The notes: generated by a model from the sequence alone, not told the origin. A stretch of DNA of 64,000 nt from Paenimyroides baculatum (GCA_040391685.1 JBEBXJ010000004.1:1243-65242), one strand, 5' to 3'. Positions 18,952-29,782 are shown, counted from the first letter of the stretch. Program-made: numbers and translations.

Positions 18952-20610
18952 ATGAAAAAATCAATTTTAGCACTACTTTCGTTGTTTGTACTTTCCTGTG
19001 CCAGCCACGATAAAATCAACAAGCACTACCATACTAAAATCGATGCGAAAAAATTAAAGAAAGATGTTGTGTATGTTCAAAAGCGAATGGCTAATATGCA
19101 TCCTGATCTGTATTGGTATATTTCGAAAGAAGATCTGAACAAAAAATTCGACAGTTTGTCCAATAATTTGAACGAGCCATTAACACCAAACGAATTTTAC
19201 ATGAAGATAAGTCCGGTTGTGGCAACAGTTCATCAAGGACATATGAGTATGAGCATGGTTACACTTACATCGGCAGATTCATTAAAAAAGAAATACAAAG
19301 GTTCAGTAAATCCGTTGTCGAATTTTGAATACGAGTATCTTGATAACAGACTTTTCATCAAAAGAAATAACTCCAAAACAGATACCATTCTTCAAACAGG
19401 AACGGAAATTGTCGATATTAACGGAGTAAAGCCTGCAGATCTTTTTAAGAAATATAGAAAAACGTTTACATCAGACGGATACAACGAAACGGCGATTCCC
19501 AAATTTTTTGCCCGTCGTACAAATTCATTTTATGTGAACGAATTAGGATTTGTAGACAGTATTAAAATCAATGCGATTTGTGCAGATACTTCTTTTTATC
19601 ATACCGTAAAAAGAACTTTTAAAGAATCTAAAAAAGATAAAAAAGCGCTTGCCCAAAAAAAACTTGCTAAAAAGGAAAATGATACTTTAAAAGATAATAA
19701 AATTGCTCAGACAGATACACTTCCAAAACTAACTAAACAAGAACAAAAAATTAAAAAGAAGACTTTAAAGAAACGAAATAAAGAAAAGTATTACAAAAAC
19801 GAATGGTTTGGTTACGACAGTAAAAACAAGGTCTTTTCTAAAGAAATACGTTATCCTGTTGCGCAAGACAGTACGGTTGCTGTGCTTAAAATCAGAGATT
19901 TTAGTAAAGGAAGAGTAAAAGTTTACGATACCATTTTTGCCGAATTAAAGAAACACGAGGTTCAAAACCTGATTATCGATTTACGTGGAAATCCTGGTGG
20001 AAGATTAAATGAAATTCATAAACTGTCACAATATTTAAACGATACTGCTTTTGTATTTACACAGCCTTCAACCATTACAAAACGTACCACTTTTTTTAAT
20101 CTTTATAAGGGCAGAAACGTTGCAAGTAAAATCTTAGGAACACCTTTTATTTCTATTTTTGCAACGGTTCGCGGATTAAGAGCAAGTAGAAATGAAGCAG
20201 GCGAATTGCAGGTTCCTATTAAATCGTCTAAAATTAAGCAGCCAAAACCAATGAACTACAAAAACAATTTGTACGTTATTACAGACGGTATGACATTTTC
20301 TGCAGCAGCCATTATTTCATCGCATTTAAAAGGTAGAAACCGAGCAATTTTTGTGGGTAATGAAACGGGCGGAACGTTCAATGGAACAGTTGCCGGTATT
20401 ATGCCTGATGTGAAATTACCAAATTCTAAATTAGTTGTTCGCATTGGTTTAATGACCATAAAACCACATGAACAAACCAAAAAAGAAGGTTACGGCGTGA
20501 TACCAGACATCTTCATAAAACCAACGGTTGACGATTTTTTAAATGATAAAGATGTAGAATTAGACTGGATTTTAAACCAGATAAATACAAATAAAAACGC
20601 TCTTAATTAA
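18952..20610 (+). CDS. S41 family peptidase lipoprotein
   Basis: Lipobox LSC; LIIDLRGNPGG, TFSAA, VGNETGG, GVIPD; Lys-rich insert. Confidence 0.9.
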   Translation: MKKSILALLSLFVLSCASHDKINKHYHTKIDAKKLKKDVVYVQKRMANMHPDLYWYISKEDLNKKFDSLSNNLNEPLTPNEFYMKISPVVATVHQGHMSMSMVTLTSADSLKKKYKGSVNPLSNFEYEYLDNRLFIKRNNSKTDTILQTGTEIVDINGVKPADLFKKYRKTFTSDGYNETAIPKFFARRTNSFYVNELGFVDSIKINAICADTSFYHTVKRTFKESKKDKKALAQKKLAKKENDTLKDNKIAQTDTLPKLTKQEQKIKKKTLKKRNKEKYYKNEWFGYDSKNKVFSKEIRYPVAQDSTVAVLKIRDFSKGRVKVYDTIFAELKKHEVQNLIIDLRGNPGGRLNEIHKLSQYLNDTAFVFTQPSTITKRTTFFNLYKGRNVASKILGTPFISIFATVRGLRASRNEAGELQVPIKSSKIKQPKPMNYKNNLYVITDGMTFSAAAIISSHLKGRNRAIFVGNETGGTFNGTVAGIMPDVKLPNSKLVVRIGLMTIKPHEQTKKEGYGVIPDIFIKPTVDDFLNDKDVELDWILNQINTNKNALN

Positions 20611-20620
20611 GAGCGTTTTT
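20593..20620. terminator. Perfect 28-bp palindrome, bidirectional terminator
   Basis: AAAAACGCTCTTAA|TTAAGAGCGTTTTT between convergent genes. Confidence 0.8.
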
Positions 20621-21225
20621 TATTTAATTTCAATCTGTGGAAAAGACCAATGATAACGAACCGCTAAAATTCTAATTAAAATAATAGTTCCGGCAGTTCC
20701 TACATAAATAACATCGTCGTTTACGTGCAGTAGTTTCAAACCAAAAAACATAAAGCCACCCACTAAACATGCCGTTGCATAAATTTCTTTCCTAAAAATT
20801 ACCGGAATTTCGTTACAAAGAATATCTCGGGCAACTCCACCAAAACACGCAGTTACCGTACCCAGCAGAATACATACGATAGGACTGAAATTTATAGCCA
20901 GTCCTTTTTCAATTCCGATAATGGTAAAAATACCGATTCCAATAGTATCAAACAAAAACAAAGACGTTCTTAAAAAACTTAAATACTGCCGAAAAATTAT
21001 AGAGATGATCGTTGTTGCCGTTACAATATAAAACGTTTGCAGATTAAGCAGCCAAAAAACCGGCGTATTGCCAATTAGTAAATCGCGCAGTGTTCCGCCA
21101 CCAATTGATGTTACCATGGCAATAACGAATACACCAAAAAAATCTAATTTTTTTTCGATACCTGCCAATGCCCCCGAAATGGCAAATGCGATAAGTCCTA
21201 AAATATCTAAAGTAGAAAAAATCAT
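20620..21225 (-). CDS. Trimeric intracellular cation channel family (UPF0126/YicG-like)
   Basis: FAISGAL, GGGTLRDLL, DTIG, FGGVARDIL internal repeat. Confidence 0.92.
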   Translation of the reverse strand: MIFSTLDILGLIAFAISGALAGIEKKLDFFGVFVIAMVTSIGGGTLRDLLIGNTPVFWLLNLQTFYIVTATTIISIIFRQYLSFLRTSLFLFDTIGIGIFTIIGIEKGLAINFSPIVCILLGTVTACFGGVARDILCNEIPVIFRKEIYATACLVGGFMFFGLKLLHVNDDVIYVGTAGTIILIRILAVRYHWSFPQIEIK

Positions 21226-21965
21226 TATTTGCTGGTTAAATGATTAAAATCGTTGATAACGGTTTGTATAAACTGATGCTGGTTTAAACTTTGGTTTTTA
21301 ATGGTAGTAACTTCTTCTATCTTTAAAATCAGTTTGTTAATCATCATACTGTCGTTCTGAATTATTGCGGTGTTGTAGGCTTTTTTAATGATGTTCATAT
21401 CATGGTCAGACAGTCGTAAAACGGTTGGAAAACTTACAACGTATTCGTTAGATAAATCATCTAAAAAACGGTGGTTTAATTGCACATTCGATTTTAAGCT
21501 GATTACGGTTGTATCGGTTACCATATCGCCCAAACGCTGACTTTTTTTACTGAAGATGATTCCTAGAATTGCAGGTAGTCCCAATAAAATAAAAACATCT
21601 ACCAAACGGCAGATCCATCGGCTGAAATAATCTGAAAAACGTGCCTGATAACCTTCGATCTTAACAACGCGTATCTTCAAAATTCTTTTCCCCGGAGTTT
21701 GTCCATTCGTCCAACTTTCAAAAAACAAAGTATAGAAAAACACGGGCGAAAAAAGCACAAATTCTATCACATTGGACTCCCAGGTTCCCAAAGAATAAAC
21801 AAAAGAGTTAAATCCTAAAACATTATATAACAAAAAATAAACCGCTGAAATATAGCTTATTTTAATTGCCATATCAATAGCAAAAGCCAAAATACGTTCG
21901 CCTAAAGAGGCTGCCTTAAAATTTATTGCAACATTTTGTGCAGTGTTTATAGTTATTTCGGTCAT
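21225..21965 (-). CDS. RDD family membrane protein
   Basis: ASLGERILAFAID, GQTPGK, QRLGDMV. Confidence 0.92.
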   Translation of the reverse strand: MTEITINTAQNVAINFKAASLGERILAFAIDMAIKISYISAVYFLLYNVLGFNSFVYSLGTWESNVIEFVLFSPVFFYTLFFESWTNGQTPGKRILKIRVVKIEGYQARFSDYFSRWICRLVDVFILLGLPAILGIIFSKKSQRLGDMVTDTTVISLKSNVQLNHRFLDDLSNEYVVSFPTVLRLSDHDMNIIKKAYNTAIIQNDSMMINKLILKIEEVTTIKNQSLNQHQFIQTVINDFNHLTSK

Positions 21966-21984
21966 TATTTATATTTTAGCAGAT

Positions 21985-22953
21985 ATGAGAGAAATTGCTT
22001 TTATAAAACAAAATAAAGAAAAATGGTTAAATATAGAGCAACAATTAACGGTAAAAAATAAAATTTCTGCCGATGATTGGTCGCAAATGTACGTTCAGTT
22101 AAGTAACGATCTGGCTTTTTCGCAAACTTATTTCCCGAAAAGCGATTTAACCATTTACCTGAACAACCTTGCAAGTACCGTACACCAAAAAGTTTACACC
22201 AATTACAAGTACGAAAAAAATGTTTTAAGCACCTTCTTTTTTTACGATGTGCCTTTAATAGCCTACAAATACCGTAAGGTTTTGTATTTTTCACTGATTT
22301 TATTTCTGGTTTTTGTGGGTATCGGCGTTATTTCGGCTGCTTATGACGAACGTTTTGTCCGTTTGATTTTGGGTGATGCCTATGTAAACAAAACATTAAA
22401 CAATATTGCAAACGGTGATGCCATGGCGGTTTACAAAGGTTCATCGAACTGGGGAAGCGCTTTTGGTATAACACTTAACAATTTATATGTAGGTATGCGT
22501 TGCTATATTTACGGGATTTTTCTTGGTTTGGGAACATTTTATGTAATGGTACAAAACTCCATTATGCTGGGCAGTTTTCAGTACTTTTTTTACGAAAAAG
22601 GTGTTTTCAATGAAAGTATCCGCGGTATATGGTTGCACGGTTCCATGGAAATCATGGCAATTGTCATTGAAGTCTGCGCAGGCTTTATCTTAGGAGCCAG
22701 CATACTTTTTCCGGGTACTTACACCCGCATGCAGTCATTAAAAATTGGTTTTAAAAACAGTTTTAAATTGTTTATAAGTACAATGCCTTTTACTATTTTT
22801 GCAGGATTGATAGAAGGTTACATAACACGATACGCCAAAGAAATGCCCAATATTTTAAACTATTTAATTATAATAAGCACTTTAGGATTAATCACTTTTT
22901 ATTATTTTATTTACCCTGTTTTAATTTATAAAAAAACACTTAATAACACATAA
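21985..22953 (+). CDS. Stage II sporulation protein M (DUF95)-like membrane protein
   Basis: MREIAFIKQNKEKW, DLAFSQTYFP, HGSME, AGLIEGYIT; start moved to ATG 21985. Confidence 0.88.
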   Translation: MREIAFIKQNKEKWLNIEQQLTVKNKISADDWSQMYVQLSNDLAFSQTYFPKSDLTIYLNNLASTVHQKVYTNYKYEKNVLSTFFFYDVPLIAYKYRKVLYFSLILFLVFVGIGVISAAYDERFVRLILGDAYVNKTLNNIANGDAMAVYKGSSNWGSAFGITLNNLYVGMRCYIYGIFLGLGTFYVMVQNSIMLGSFQYFFYEKGVFNESIRGIWLHGSMEIMAIVIEVCAGFILGASILFPGTYTRMQSLKIGFKNSFKLFISTMPFTIFAGLIEGYITRYAKEMPNILNYLIIISTLGLITFYYFIYPVLIYKKTLNNT

Positions 22954-22954
22954 T

Positions 22955-23899
22955 ATGTTTCAGCTTTTTAAAGTTCGTGCGTTTGGCGAATACATTTCAG
23001 ATACCTTTACTTTTTTAAAACTTCAAGGGAAAAATTATTTTAAAAACTATTTAAAATTTGCATTTGTTGCCTTGTTGCTTTTAATGGTTTCCATGGCAAT
23101 ACTTGGCACCTTTTATTTCCGTATTTTTTCAACAATGATTGGTTCAACAGGTAGTGAAACAATTGACAATGCTTTTGTAAGCGAAAACGGCGTAATGCTT
23201 GGGATAGGATTTATTGCTGTTATATTTATATCATTGTATCTTTCATTATTAAATTACTCTTATCCTGTTTATTACCTACATTTATTAGGCAAAAACACCA
23301 ACGAAAAACCCCAGTTGAAAACAATTCGCGAAATGTTAAAAAAAGACTTTGGCAGATTGTTGTTATTTGGCTTGTTAAGCATTATTGTTTTCAGTGTGGT
23401 AGGAATTATTGCCTTTGCCATAGCCGCGGTTTTAAGCTTTGTAATCATTGGTATTTTTATATTTATGCTGCTTGTACCGTTTTTTATTACTTGGTATTCG
23501 CTGACACTTTATTTTTATATCGATAAAAAACAATCGTTTTTCGATGCCTTTAAACATGCATTTTATACCATAACAAATAACTTTTGGAACATTGTAGGCG
23601 CCGGTTTGTGCATGCTGATTATTGTTTATGTAATGAGTATGATTGTAACGCTGATACCTTATATAATTACTATTTTCGGAGTAGTTTTTGGTATGCAAAC
23701 GTCTGATAGTTTCGCCGACGGAACTGTATCTGTTTTTGTTATAATAATGGTAATAATTTACTGTTTTTCTATTGTGGTTAGTATGGTATTAAATCATTTA
23801 TTATTGATACAAACCGGTTTAGTTTATTATTCTGAACGTGAAAAATTAGAATACAATTCTATGCGTGAGTCTATTGACGAAATAGGAAAACATGAATAA
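22955..23899 (+). CDS. Multi-pass membrane protein of the MoxR module
   Basis: R.FGE.ISDTF start, about six hydrophobic segments, in operon. Confidence 0.75.
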   Translation: MFQLFKVRAFGEYISDTFTFLKLQGKNYFKNYLKFAFVALLLLMVSMAILGTFYFRIFSTMIGSTGSETIDNAFVSENGVMLGIGFIAVIFISLYLSLLNYSYPVYYLHLLGKNTNEKPQLKTIREMLKKDFGRLLLFGLLSIIVFSVVGIIAFAIAAVLSFVIIGIFIFMLLVPFFITWYSLTLYFYIDKKQSFFDAFKHAFYTITNNFWNIVGAGLCMLIIVYVMSMIVTLIPYIITIFGVVFGMQTSDSFADGTVSVFVIIMVIIYCFSIVVSMVLNHLLLIQTGLVYYSEREKLEYNSMRESIDEIGKHE

Positions 23900-24689
23900 T
23901 CCGCTTGCTTTTGCTGCATTATTTTTAAGTTTATCGGCTTTTTCACAAGTTGGTCAACCGGTTGATTCTATACCAAAACCGCAGGAAACCACAGCAAAAG
24001 TTATTGAATATACCGAAACCAACCTTGCAACCGATACGTTAACCAGCGCATTGGTCCCTTTAAATAACGAGGTTTTAAAAGAAAGAAAGTTTCGTACCGG
24101 TTTTAAAGAAAACTATTCATCGTCAGAATTTGATTATAACATTAAAAAAGAAAGTGGTTTTCTTGCCAGATTACGCGAATTATGGCGCAATTTTTTGGAA
24201 TGGTTTAAAACAGATACTGACGGTTCATCGGTTGTTCTTGATGAAATTATTAATATAATACTTGTTTTCCTTTTAATTGTAGCATTAGGTTTTTTGATTT
24301 ACTATTTAAACAAAAAAGGATTTATCCGTTTGTTTTCTAAAAAGGAACAAAATATTATCAGTGAAAAATTCATCGAAGAAAATATTGATATTATTAATTT
24401 TAACGAACTAACCCAACAGGCAAAACAACAAAATAATTTGCGTAAAGCGGTACGTTATTACTATTTATGGACGTTAAAAAGCTGGTCGCAAAATAACCTG
24501 ATTGCTTACGAACCCAACAAAACAACCAAACAGTATTTAAGCGAAATTAACGATACGGTTAACAAAACGTCTTTTCAGTATATATCCTATATTTATGATA
24601 ACGTTTGGTACGGTTTGCATGAAATTTCAGAACCGGATTTTGTAAAAATTGAAACGCAGTTTATCCAACTAATAAATAAAGAATCATGA
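23892..24689 (+). CDS. DUF4129-domain membrane protein
   Basis: AVRYYYL..L, KTTKQY, YDNVWYG C-terminal pattern after one TM helix. Confidence 0.8.
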   Translation: MNNPLAFAALFLSLSAFSQVGQPVDSIPKPQETTAKVIEYTETNLATDTLTSALVPLNNEVLKERKFRTGFKENYSSSEFDYNIKKESGFLARLRELWRNFLEWFKTDTDGSSVVLDEIINIILVFLLIVALGFLIYYLNKKGFIRLFSKKEQNIISEKFIEENIDIINFNELTQQAKQQNNLRKAVRYYYLWTLKSWSQNNLIAYEPNKTTKQYLSEINDTVNKTSFQYISYIYDNVWYGLHEISEPDFVKIETQFIQLINKES

Positions 24690-25882
24690 AAACCGAATAT
24701 ATAAAATATTTCGTGTACTTTATATTGGCTGCATTTGTAGTGCTTTTTATTCAGTTGTATTTTCCAAACCCTATAAATTGGAGCAGAAATTTCAATACGC
24801 AAAGTAAAGATCCGTATGGTTTGTATGTTTTTAATCAGGAACTTCCGCATTTGTTAAAAAGTCAAAAATTAACAAAAACCTCATTAAGTCCGTACGAATA
24901 TTTTTTAGATAACAAGGAAGCAAACGAAAACAAAACTACTTATCTGTTCATTGAAAACAAATCGAACTTAGACGATGTTTCTGTAAAAGATCTTTTACAA
25001 AAAGTTTCTGAAGGGGCAGATATGGTTATAGCTTCGGAGAATTTTTATTATGGTAACAGTTATATTTTAGATACGTTAAAAATAAAACTGCACAGCATTA
25101 AAACCAACAATTTACATTTTGTAAATAAAAATTCAGGCAACGATACCCTTAAAATAAAAGACGAATACAACAATATTTTTACGGTAAAAGATCCCGAGAA
25201 ATATAGTGTAATTGCCAAATTAAATAACAATCTTTCTTTTGTTTCGACAAAATTTGGCAAAGGAACAGTTTACATCAGCACCTCGCCTATTTTACTGACC
25301 AATTATTATTTATTGAATGAAAAATTGAACACCGAAATATTTTCCGAGAAATTTGCATCGTTCATCAAAAAAGAAAATGTTATCTGGTTTGATGAAAACT
25401 ATAATATTGGCGAGCGCGAAAGCAACAATTCTATCTTTAAAGTAATTTTAAAGCACAAAAGTTTGCGTTTTGGCTGGTACACAATGGTTATCGGACTTAT
25501 TTTGTATTTAATTTTCTACGGAAAACGCAAACAGCGAATTGTTCCCGTTATAGATCCAATTAAAAATACAACGGTTGAATACATTGAAACGGTAGGAAAT
25601 TTATATTACCAGGAAAACAACCATACGCAGCTTTTAGACAAGCAGATTAAATATGCATTGTATTTTATTAGAACCGAATGGAAAATTGCAACCCAGAACA
25701 TCAACGAAGATTTTAAAAACAAATTACAGCAAAAAGCATTGGCGAATACAGGAGATACCGATCAGTTTATTAACTTCATTACTAATTTTAATACCGATAA
25801 AACCTATTCGCAAGCCAATTTAATTCAGTTTAACCAATTGTTAGAAAAACTAAACATCAACTATGGAAAATCAGGAAAATAA
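24686..25882 (+). CDS. DUF4350-domain membrane protein
   Basis: NW...SKDPYG, LTNYYL, FDE, GKRKQRIVP, NTTVEYIETVGNLY. Confidence 0.8.
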   Translation: MKTEYIKYFVYFILAAFVVLFIQLYFPNPINWSRNFNTQSKDPYGLYVFNQELPHLLKSQKLTKTSLSPYEYFLDNKEANENKTTYLFIENKSNLDDVSVKDLLQKVSEGADMVIASENFYYGNSYILDTLKIKLHSIKTNNLHFVNKNSGNDTLKIKDEYNNIFTVKDPEKYSVIAKLNNNLSFVSTKFGKGTVYISTSPILLTNYYLLNEKLNTEIFSEKFASFIKKENVIWFDENYNIGERESNNSIFKVILKHKSLRFGWYTMVIGLILYLIFYGKRKQRIVPVIDPIKNTTVEYIETVGNLYYQENNHTQLLDKQIKYALYFIRTEWKIATQNINEDFKNKLQQKALANTGDTDQFINFITNFNTDKTYSQANLIQFNQLLEKLNINYGKSGK

Positions 25883-26855
25883 CGAAATATCATTCAGCAG
25901 CCGCATTCCTTTAAATGAATTAAAAGAACAGATTGCAGCCATTAAAACCGAATTACACAAAGTAATTGTGGGTCAGGAAGAACTGATCGATCTACTTTTG
26001 GTATCGTTAATTTCAAACGGTCACGTTTTAATCGAAGGTGTTCCGGGATTGGCAAAAACATTAACGGCAAAATTGCTGGCAAAAACGGTTCAGACAGGTT
26101 TTTCGCGCATTCAGTTTACACCAGATTTAATGCCGTCAGATATTTTAGGAACATCGATTTTTAACAATCAAACCAATAATTTCGAGTTTAAATCGGGTCC
26201 TGTATTTTCAAATTTTGTTCTGATCGATGAAATTAACCGCGCACCTGCAAAAACACAGGCAGCTTTGTTTGAAGTAATGGAAGAACGCCAGATTACAATC
26301 GACGGAACAACCTACGAAATGGAACAACCGTTTTTGGTTTTGGCAACCCAAAATCCTATTGAACAGGAAGGAACCTATGCGTTGCCCGAAGCACAATTAG
26401 ATCGTTTTTTAATGAAGATAACCATTGATTATCCTACGTTAGAACAGGAAATTCAATTGCTGCATTTAGAGCAAAGCAACGAGCATTTTGATAAAACAAG
26501 TCTGCTTAAACCTGCAATTAATGCACAACAATTGATTGAATTTCAGCAACTGGCTCAAAAAGTAATGATCGAACCGCTTTTAATTCAGTTCATTGCGCAG
26601 ATTGTAAACAACACACGCAGTCATAATTTCCTGTATTTGGGTGCATCGCCCCGTGCTTCAATCGCCATTTTAAACGCAAGTAAATCGTTTGCATTGATTA
26701 ACGGACGCGATTTTGTAACACCAGACGATATTAAATACGTGGCTTATTACGTGTTAAACCACCGTTTAATTTTGGCTCCGGAACGTGAAATGGAAGGAAT
26801 TACCATTAAAGATGTGGTAAAACAAATTATTGACACTGTTGAAATTCCCCGATAA
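25863..26855 (+). CDS. MoxR family AAA+ ATPase
   Basis: GHVLIEGVPGLAKT, RIQFTPDLMPSD, DEINRAPAKTQ, ATQNPIEQEGTY.LPEAQLDRF, GASPRAS. Confidence 0.97.
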   Translation: MENQENNEISFSSRIPLNELKEQIAAIKTELHKVIVGQEELIDLLLVSLISNGHVLIEGVPGLAKTLTAKLLAKTVQTGFSRIQFTPDLMPSDILGTSIFNNQTNNFEFKSGPVFSNFVLIDEINRAPAKTQAALFEVMEERQITIDGTTYEMEQPFLVLATQNPIEQEGTYALPEAQLDRFLMKITIDYPTLEQEIQLLHLEQSNEHFDKTSLLKPAINAQQLIEFQQLAQKVMIEPLLIQFIAQIVNNTRSHNFLYLGASPRASIAILNASKSFALINGRDFVTPDDIKYVAYYVLNHRLILAPEREMEGITIKDVVKQIIDTVEIPR

Positions 26856-26861
26856 TTAAAT

Positions 26862-28184
26862 ATGAGATTTTTATATTTAAATACACGTTTTTATCTGGCA
26901 TTGCTGCTAGTTGTTATTTTATTTGTGATCAGTTTCTTTGCGCCTTTTTTCTTTTATGTTGCATTAATTGTTTTGGCTGTTATTGCTGCATTGATTACAG
27001 TGGAAATTTTTATGCTTTTTCATAAAAAGGAAGGAATTGCTGCTAAAAGAATAGTACCTGAACGATTGTCAAACGGCGATAAAAATGAAATAGGTTTAAA
27101 TATAAAAAACAATTATCCGTTTGCTGTTGCTGTTGAAATTATAGACGAGCTGCCTTTTCAGTTTCAGGAACGAAATTTTTTGTTAACCAACAATTTCTCT
27201 AAACAATCTCAAAAACAGATTAACTACACAATTGTTCCAAAAGAACGAGGTTTGTATCAGTTTGGATCGATAAATATTTACGCAACCACTTTAACTAAAC
27301 TAACAAGTAAACGATATAAAATCATTCAAAATGAGAACATTGCGGTTTACCCAAGTTTCTTAAATTTACGAAAACACGAACTACTGGCTTCAAAAACAGC
27401 ATTGCTGCCAAATGGTATCAAACGAACCCGAAAAATTGGTCAGTCGTCAGAATTCGAACAAATTAAAGATTATGTTACCGGCGACGATTTACGTCACGTT
27501 AACTGGAAAGCGTCTGCTAAAAAGCAGCACTTAATGGTAAATCATTATCAGGAAGAAAAAGCGCAAAACGTTTATTTATTGATTGATAAAGGCAGAACAA
27601 TGAAAATGCCTTTCGATGGGATGTCGTTGTTAGATTATTCTATAAACGCTGCCTTAATGTTGGCAAATATTTCCATTAAACGTCAGGATAAAGCCGGTTT
27701 GTGGACGTTTGAAAAGAAAACCGATATTTTTCTTAAAGCCGATAATAAAATGCTGCAAGTGCGTAAAATTGTAGATGCATTGTATCATATCGATACCAAT
27801 TTTAAAGAATCAAATTATGAATATGTTTTAACCGACAGTTTAAAAAAGATTCAGAAACGCAGTTTGCTAATCTTGTTTACCAATTTTGAAACGTTAGATG
27901 CTTTAAAAAGACAATTGCCGTACTTACGCGCTTTGGCTAAAAAACACGTTTTGCTTACCATTATTTTCGAAAACACGCTGTTGAATGACGTTCATTCGAG
28001 AAAAATAAATTCAACAAAAGATATTTATATTCAAACAATAGCATCTAAATTTGTGCACGAAAAACAGTTAATCATTCAAGAACTGCAAATGCACGGCATA
28101 AAAACGGTTTACACCAAACCGGCAGATCTTTCGGTAAATCTTTTGAACAAATATTTAGAAATTAAGCGACAAGAAATCATTTAA
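26862..28184 (+). CDS. DUF58 (VWA-like) protein
   Basis: EFEQIKDYVTGDDLRHVNWKASAK, LIDKGRTM. Confidence 0.92.
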   Translation: MRFLYLNTRFYLALLLVVILFVISFFAPFFFYVALIVLAVIAALITVEIFMLFHKKEGIAAKRIVPERLSNGDKNEIGLNIKNNYPFAVAVEIIDELPFQFQERNFLLTNNFSKQSQKQINYTIVPKERGLYQFGSINIYATTLTKLTSKRYKIIQNENIAVYPSFLNLRKHELLASKTALLPNGIKRTRKIGQSSEFEQIKDYVTGDDLRHVNWKASAKKQHLMVNHYQEEKAQNVYLLIDKGRTMKMPFDGMSLLDYSINAALMLANISIKRQDKAGLWTFEKKTDIFLKADNKMLQVRKIVDALYHIDTNFKESNYEYVLTDSLKKIQKRSLLILFTNFETLDALKRQLPYLRALAKKHVLLTIIFENTLLNDVHSRKINSTKDIYIQTIASKFVHEKQLIIQELQMHGIKTVYTKPADLSVNLLNKYLEIKRQEII

Positions 28185-28991
28185 ATGAAACAGATAACAA
28201 GTATTCAAAATCAATTAATTAAGGATGTTTTTCAGTTACAGGAAAAAAGCAAGGCACGTAAAAAAGCCGGACTCTTTGTGATTGAAGGTATCCGTGAAAT
28301 TGAAATTGCGCTTAAAAACGATTTTGAAATCGTACAGCTTTTATTTTGTTTTGATTTGTTTGATATCGTAAACCTGAATAATTTTAAAAGAAATATTTCT
28401 GATGCTACAGAACTGATCGAAATTTCAAAAGAAGTGTATCAAAAGATTGCTTATCGCGAAAGTACCGAAGGCATCATTGCTATTGCACAAACAAAAGATC
28501 ATTCTTTAGAAAGTTTACAACTTCCTGAAAACCCACTAATAGTTGTGTTGGAATCATTAGAAAAACCAGGAAATATCGGTGCCGTTTTACGTACTGCCGA
28601 TGCAGCAAATATCGATGCCGTTTTAATTGCCGATCCTAAAACAGATTTGTACAACCCAAACATTGTACGTTCAAGCGTTGGCGCCGTTTTTACCAATAAA
28701 ATTGTAACCGCGGGTTCGGCAGAAATAATTAATTTTTTAAAAGACAAAAATATTGCTATTTTTAGCGCTATTTTGCAGGAAGCCGTTTCGTATTATTCAG
28801 TTAATTTTAAGCAGGGATCTGCCATTGTAATGGGTACCGAAGCTACCGGTTTAAGTGAAATCTGGCGTAATCATTCAACAGAAAATGTCATTATCCCCAT
28901 GCAGGGTCAAATAGACTCTATGAATGTTTCGGTAGCTGCTGCCGTGTTAATTTTCGAGGCAAAAAGACAAAGAAACAGTCAAACAATATAA
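28185..28991 (+). CDS. TrmH/SpoU family RNA methyltransferase
   Basis: EKPGNIGAVLRTA, MGTEATG, IPMQGQIDSMNVS. Confidence 0.95.
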   Translation: MKQITSIQNQLIKDVFQLQEKSKARKKAGLFVIEGIREIEIALKNDFEIVQLLFCFDLFDIVNLNNFKRNISDATELIEISKEVYQKIAYRESTEGIIAIAQTKDHSLESLQLPENPLIVVLESLEKPGNIGAVLRTADAANIDAVLIADPKTDLYNPNIVRSSVGAVFTNKIVTAGSAEIINFLKDKNIAIFSAILQEAVSYYSVNFKQGSAIVMGTEATGLSEIWRNHSTENVIIPMQGQIDSMNVSVAAAVLIFEAKRQRNSQTI

Positions 28992-29034
28992 ATAATTAAA
29001 AATTTCGTTATATTTATAAAAAATTTAAGACTTT

Positions 29035-29667
29035 ATGAAAAAAACTATATTAACAGCATTTTTCGGATTAAGCCTGATAGGTTTTTCGGCACAAGCACAG
29101 GTAATTCATAAGTACGAGCGTTTCATTCAGGAATATAAATGGAAAGTTGGCGCAAGTTACAATATGATGGATTTTAACTTTAACCATTCCGAAGTTCCTG
29201 AAGGTGCAAGTATGATTTCTGGCGGAATTCCTGCAAAAGTGATGATAGGATACGAATTTTTACCTAATTTATCATTTGAAGCCGATTTTTCTATGAACGA
29301 AATGGAAATTGGAAATTCTATGAACGGAGTTGTTGTTACTGGAGAAAAAATTACGGTAGCATCTTTAAACGGAGCTTTTGCTTACAGTTTAGGTGGATTG
29401 TTTAATATTCCAGTCGCAGATCCCTACATTAAGGCAGGTATCGGTCATTTACGTTTAAATCAGGTAGATTTAACAATGGCAAGTGCCGGCGGTGGTATTA
29501 ACTTCTGGATTGCAGACATTCCTGCAACAAAAAGTTCGCGTTACCATCATGATAAAGCTTATCGCCGTATTGGTCTGAATGTCGAGGCTATGGGAAGATC
29601 TAACATTTCAACCGAAGGTCAGGGCTCGCACGCACAATATTCTGCCGGTGTATTTTACATCTTTTAG
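29035..29667 (+). CDS. Small outer-membrane beta-barrel protein
   Basis: Signal peptide AQA, DPYIKAGIG, C-terminal YSAGVFYIF. Confidence 0.75.
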   Translation: MKKTILTAFFGLSLIGFSAQAQVIHKYERFIQEYKWKVGASYNMMDFNFNHSEVPEGASMISGGIPAKVMIGYEFLPNLSFEADFSMNEMEIGNSMNGVVVTGEKITVASLNGAFAYSLGGLFNIPVADPYIKAGIGHLRLNQVDLTMASAGGGINFWIADIPATKSSRYHHDKAYRRIGLNVEAMGRSNISTEGQGSHAQYSAGVFYIF

Positions 29668-29696
29668 TAAAGTACTCGGTATCATAAATAAATTAT

Positions 29697-29719
29697 AAGG
29701 AGCAAATGCTCCTTTTTTT
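29697..29719 (+). terminator. Intrinsic terminator
   Basis: AAGGAGCA-AA-TGCTCCTT followed by T-tract. Confidence 0.75.
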
Positions 29720-29782
29720 ATTGGTTAAAATTGATAAAGCAATAGTTTTTTTCATATATTTAAGCAAGAAAATGGGCATTTT

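Noticed and set aside
21985-22953. Sporulation function implied by the SpoIIM name
   Set aside because: Family name only; Bacteroidetes do not form endospores
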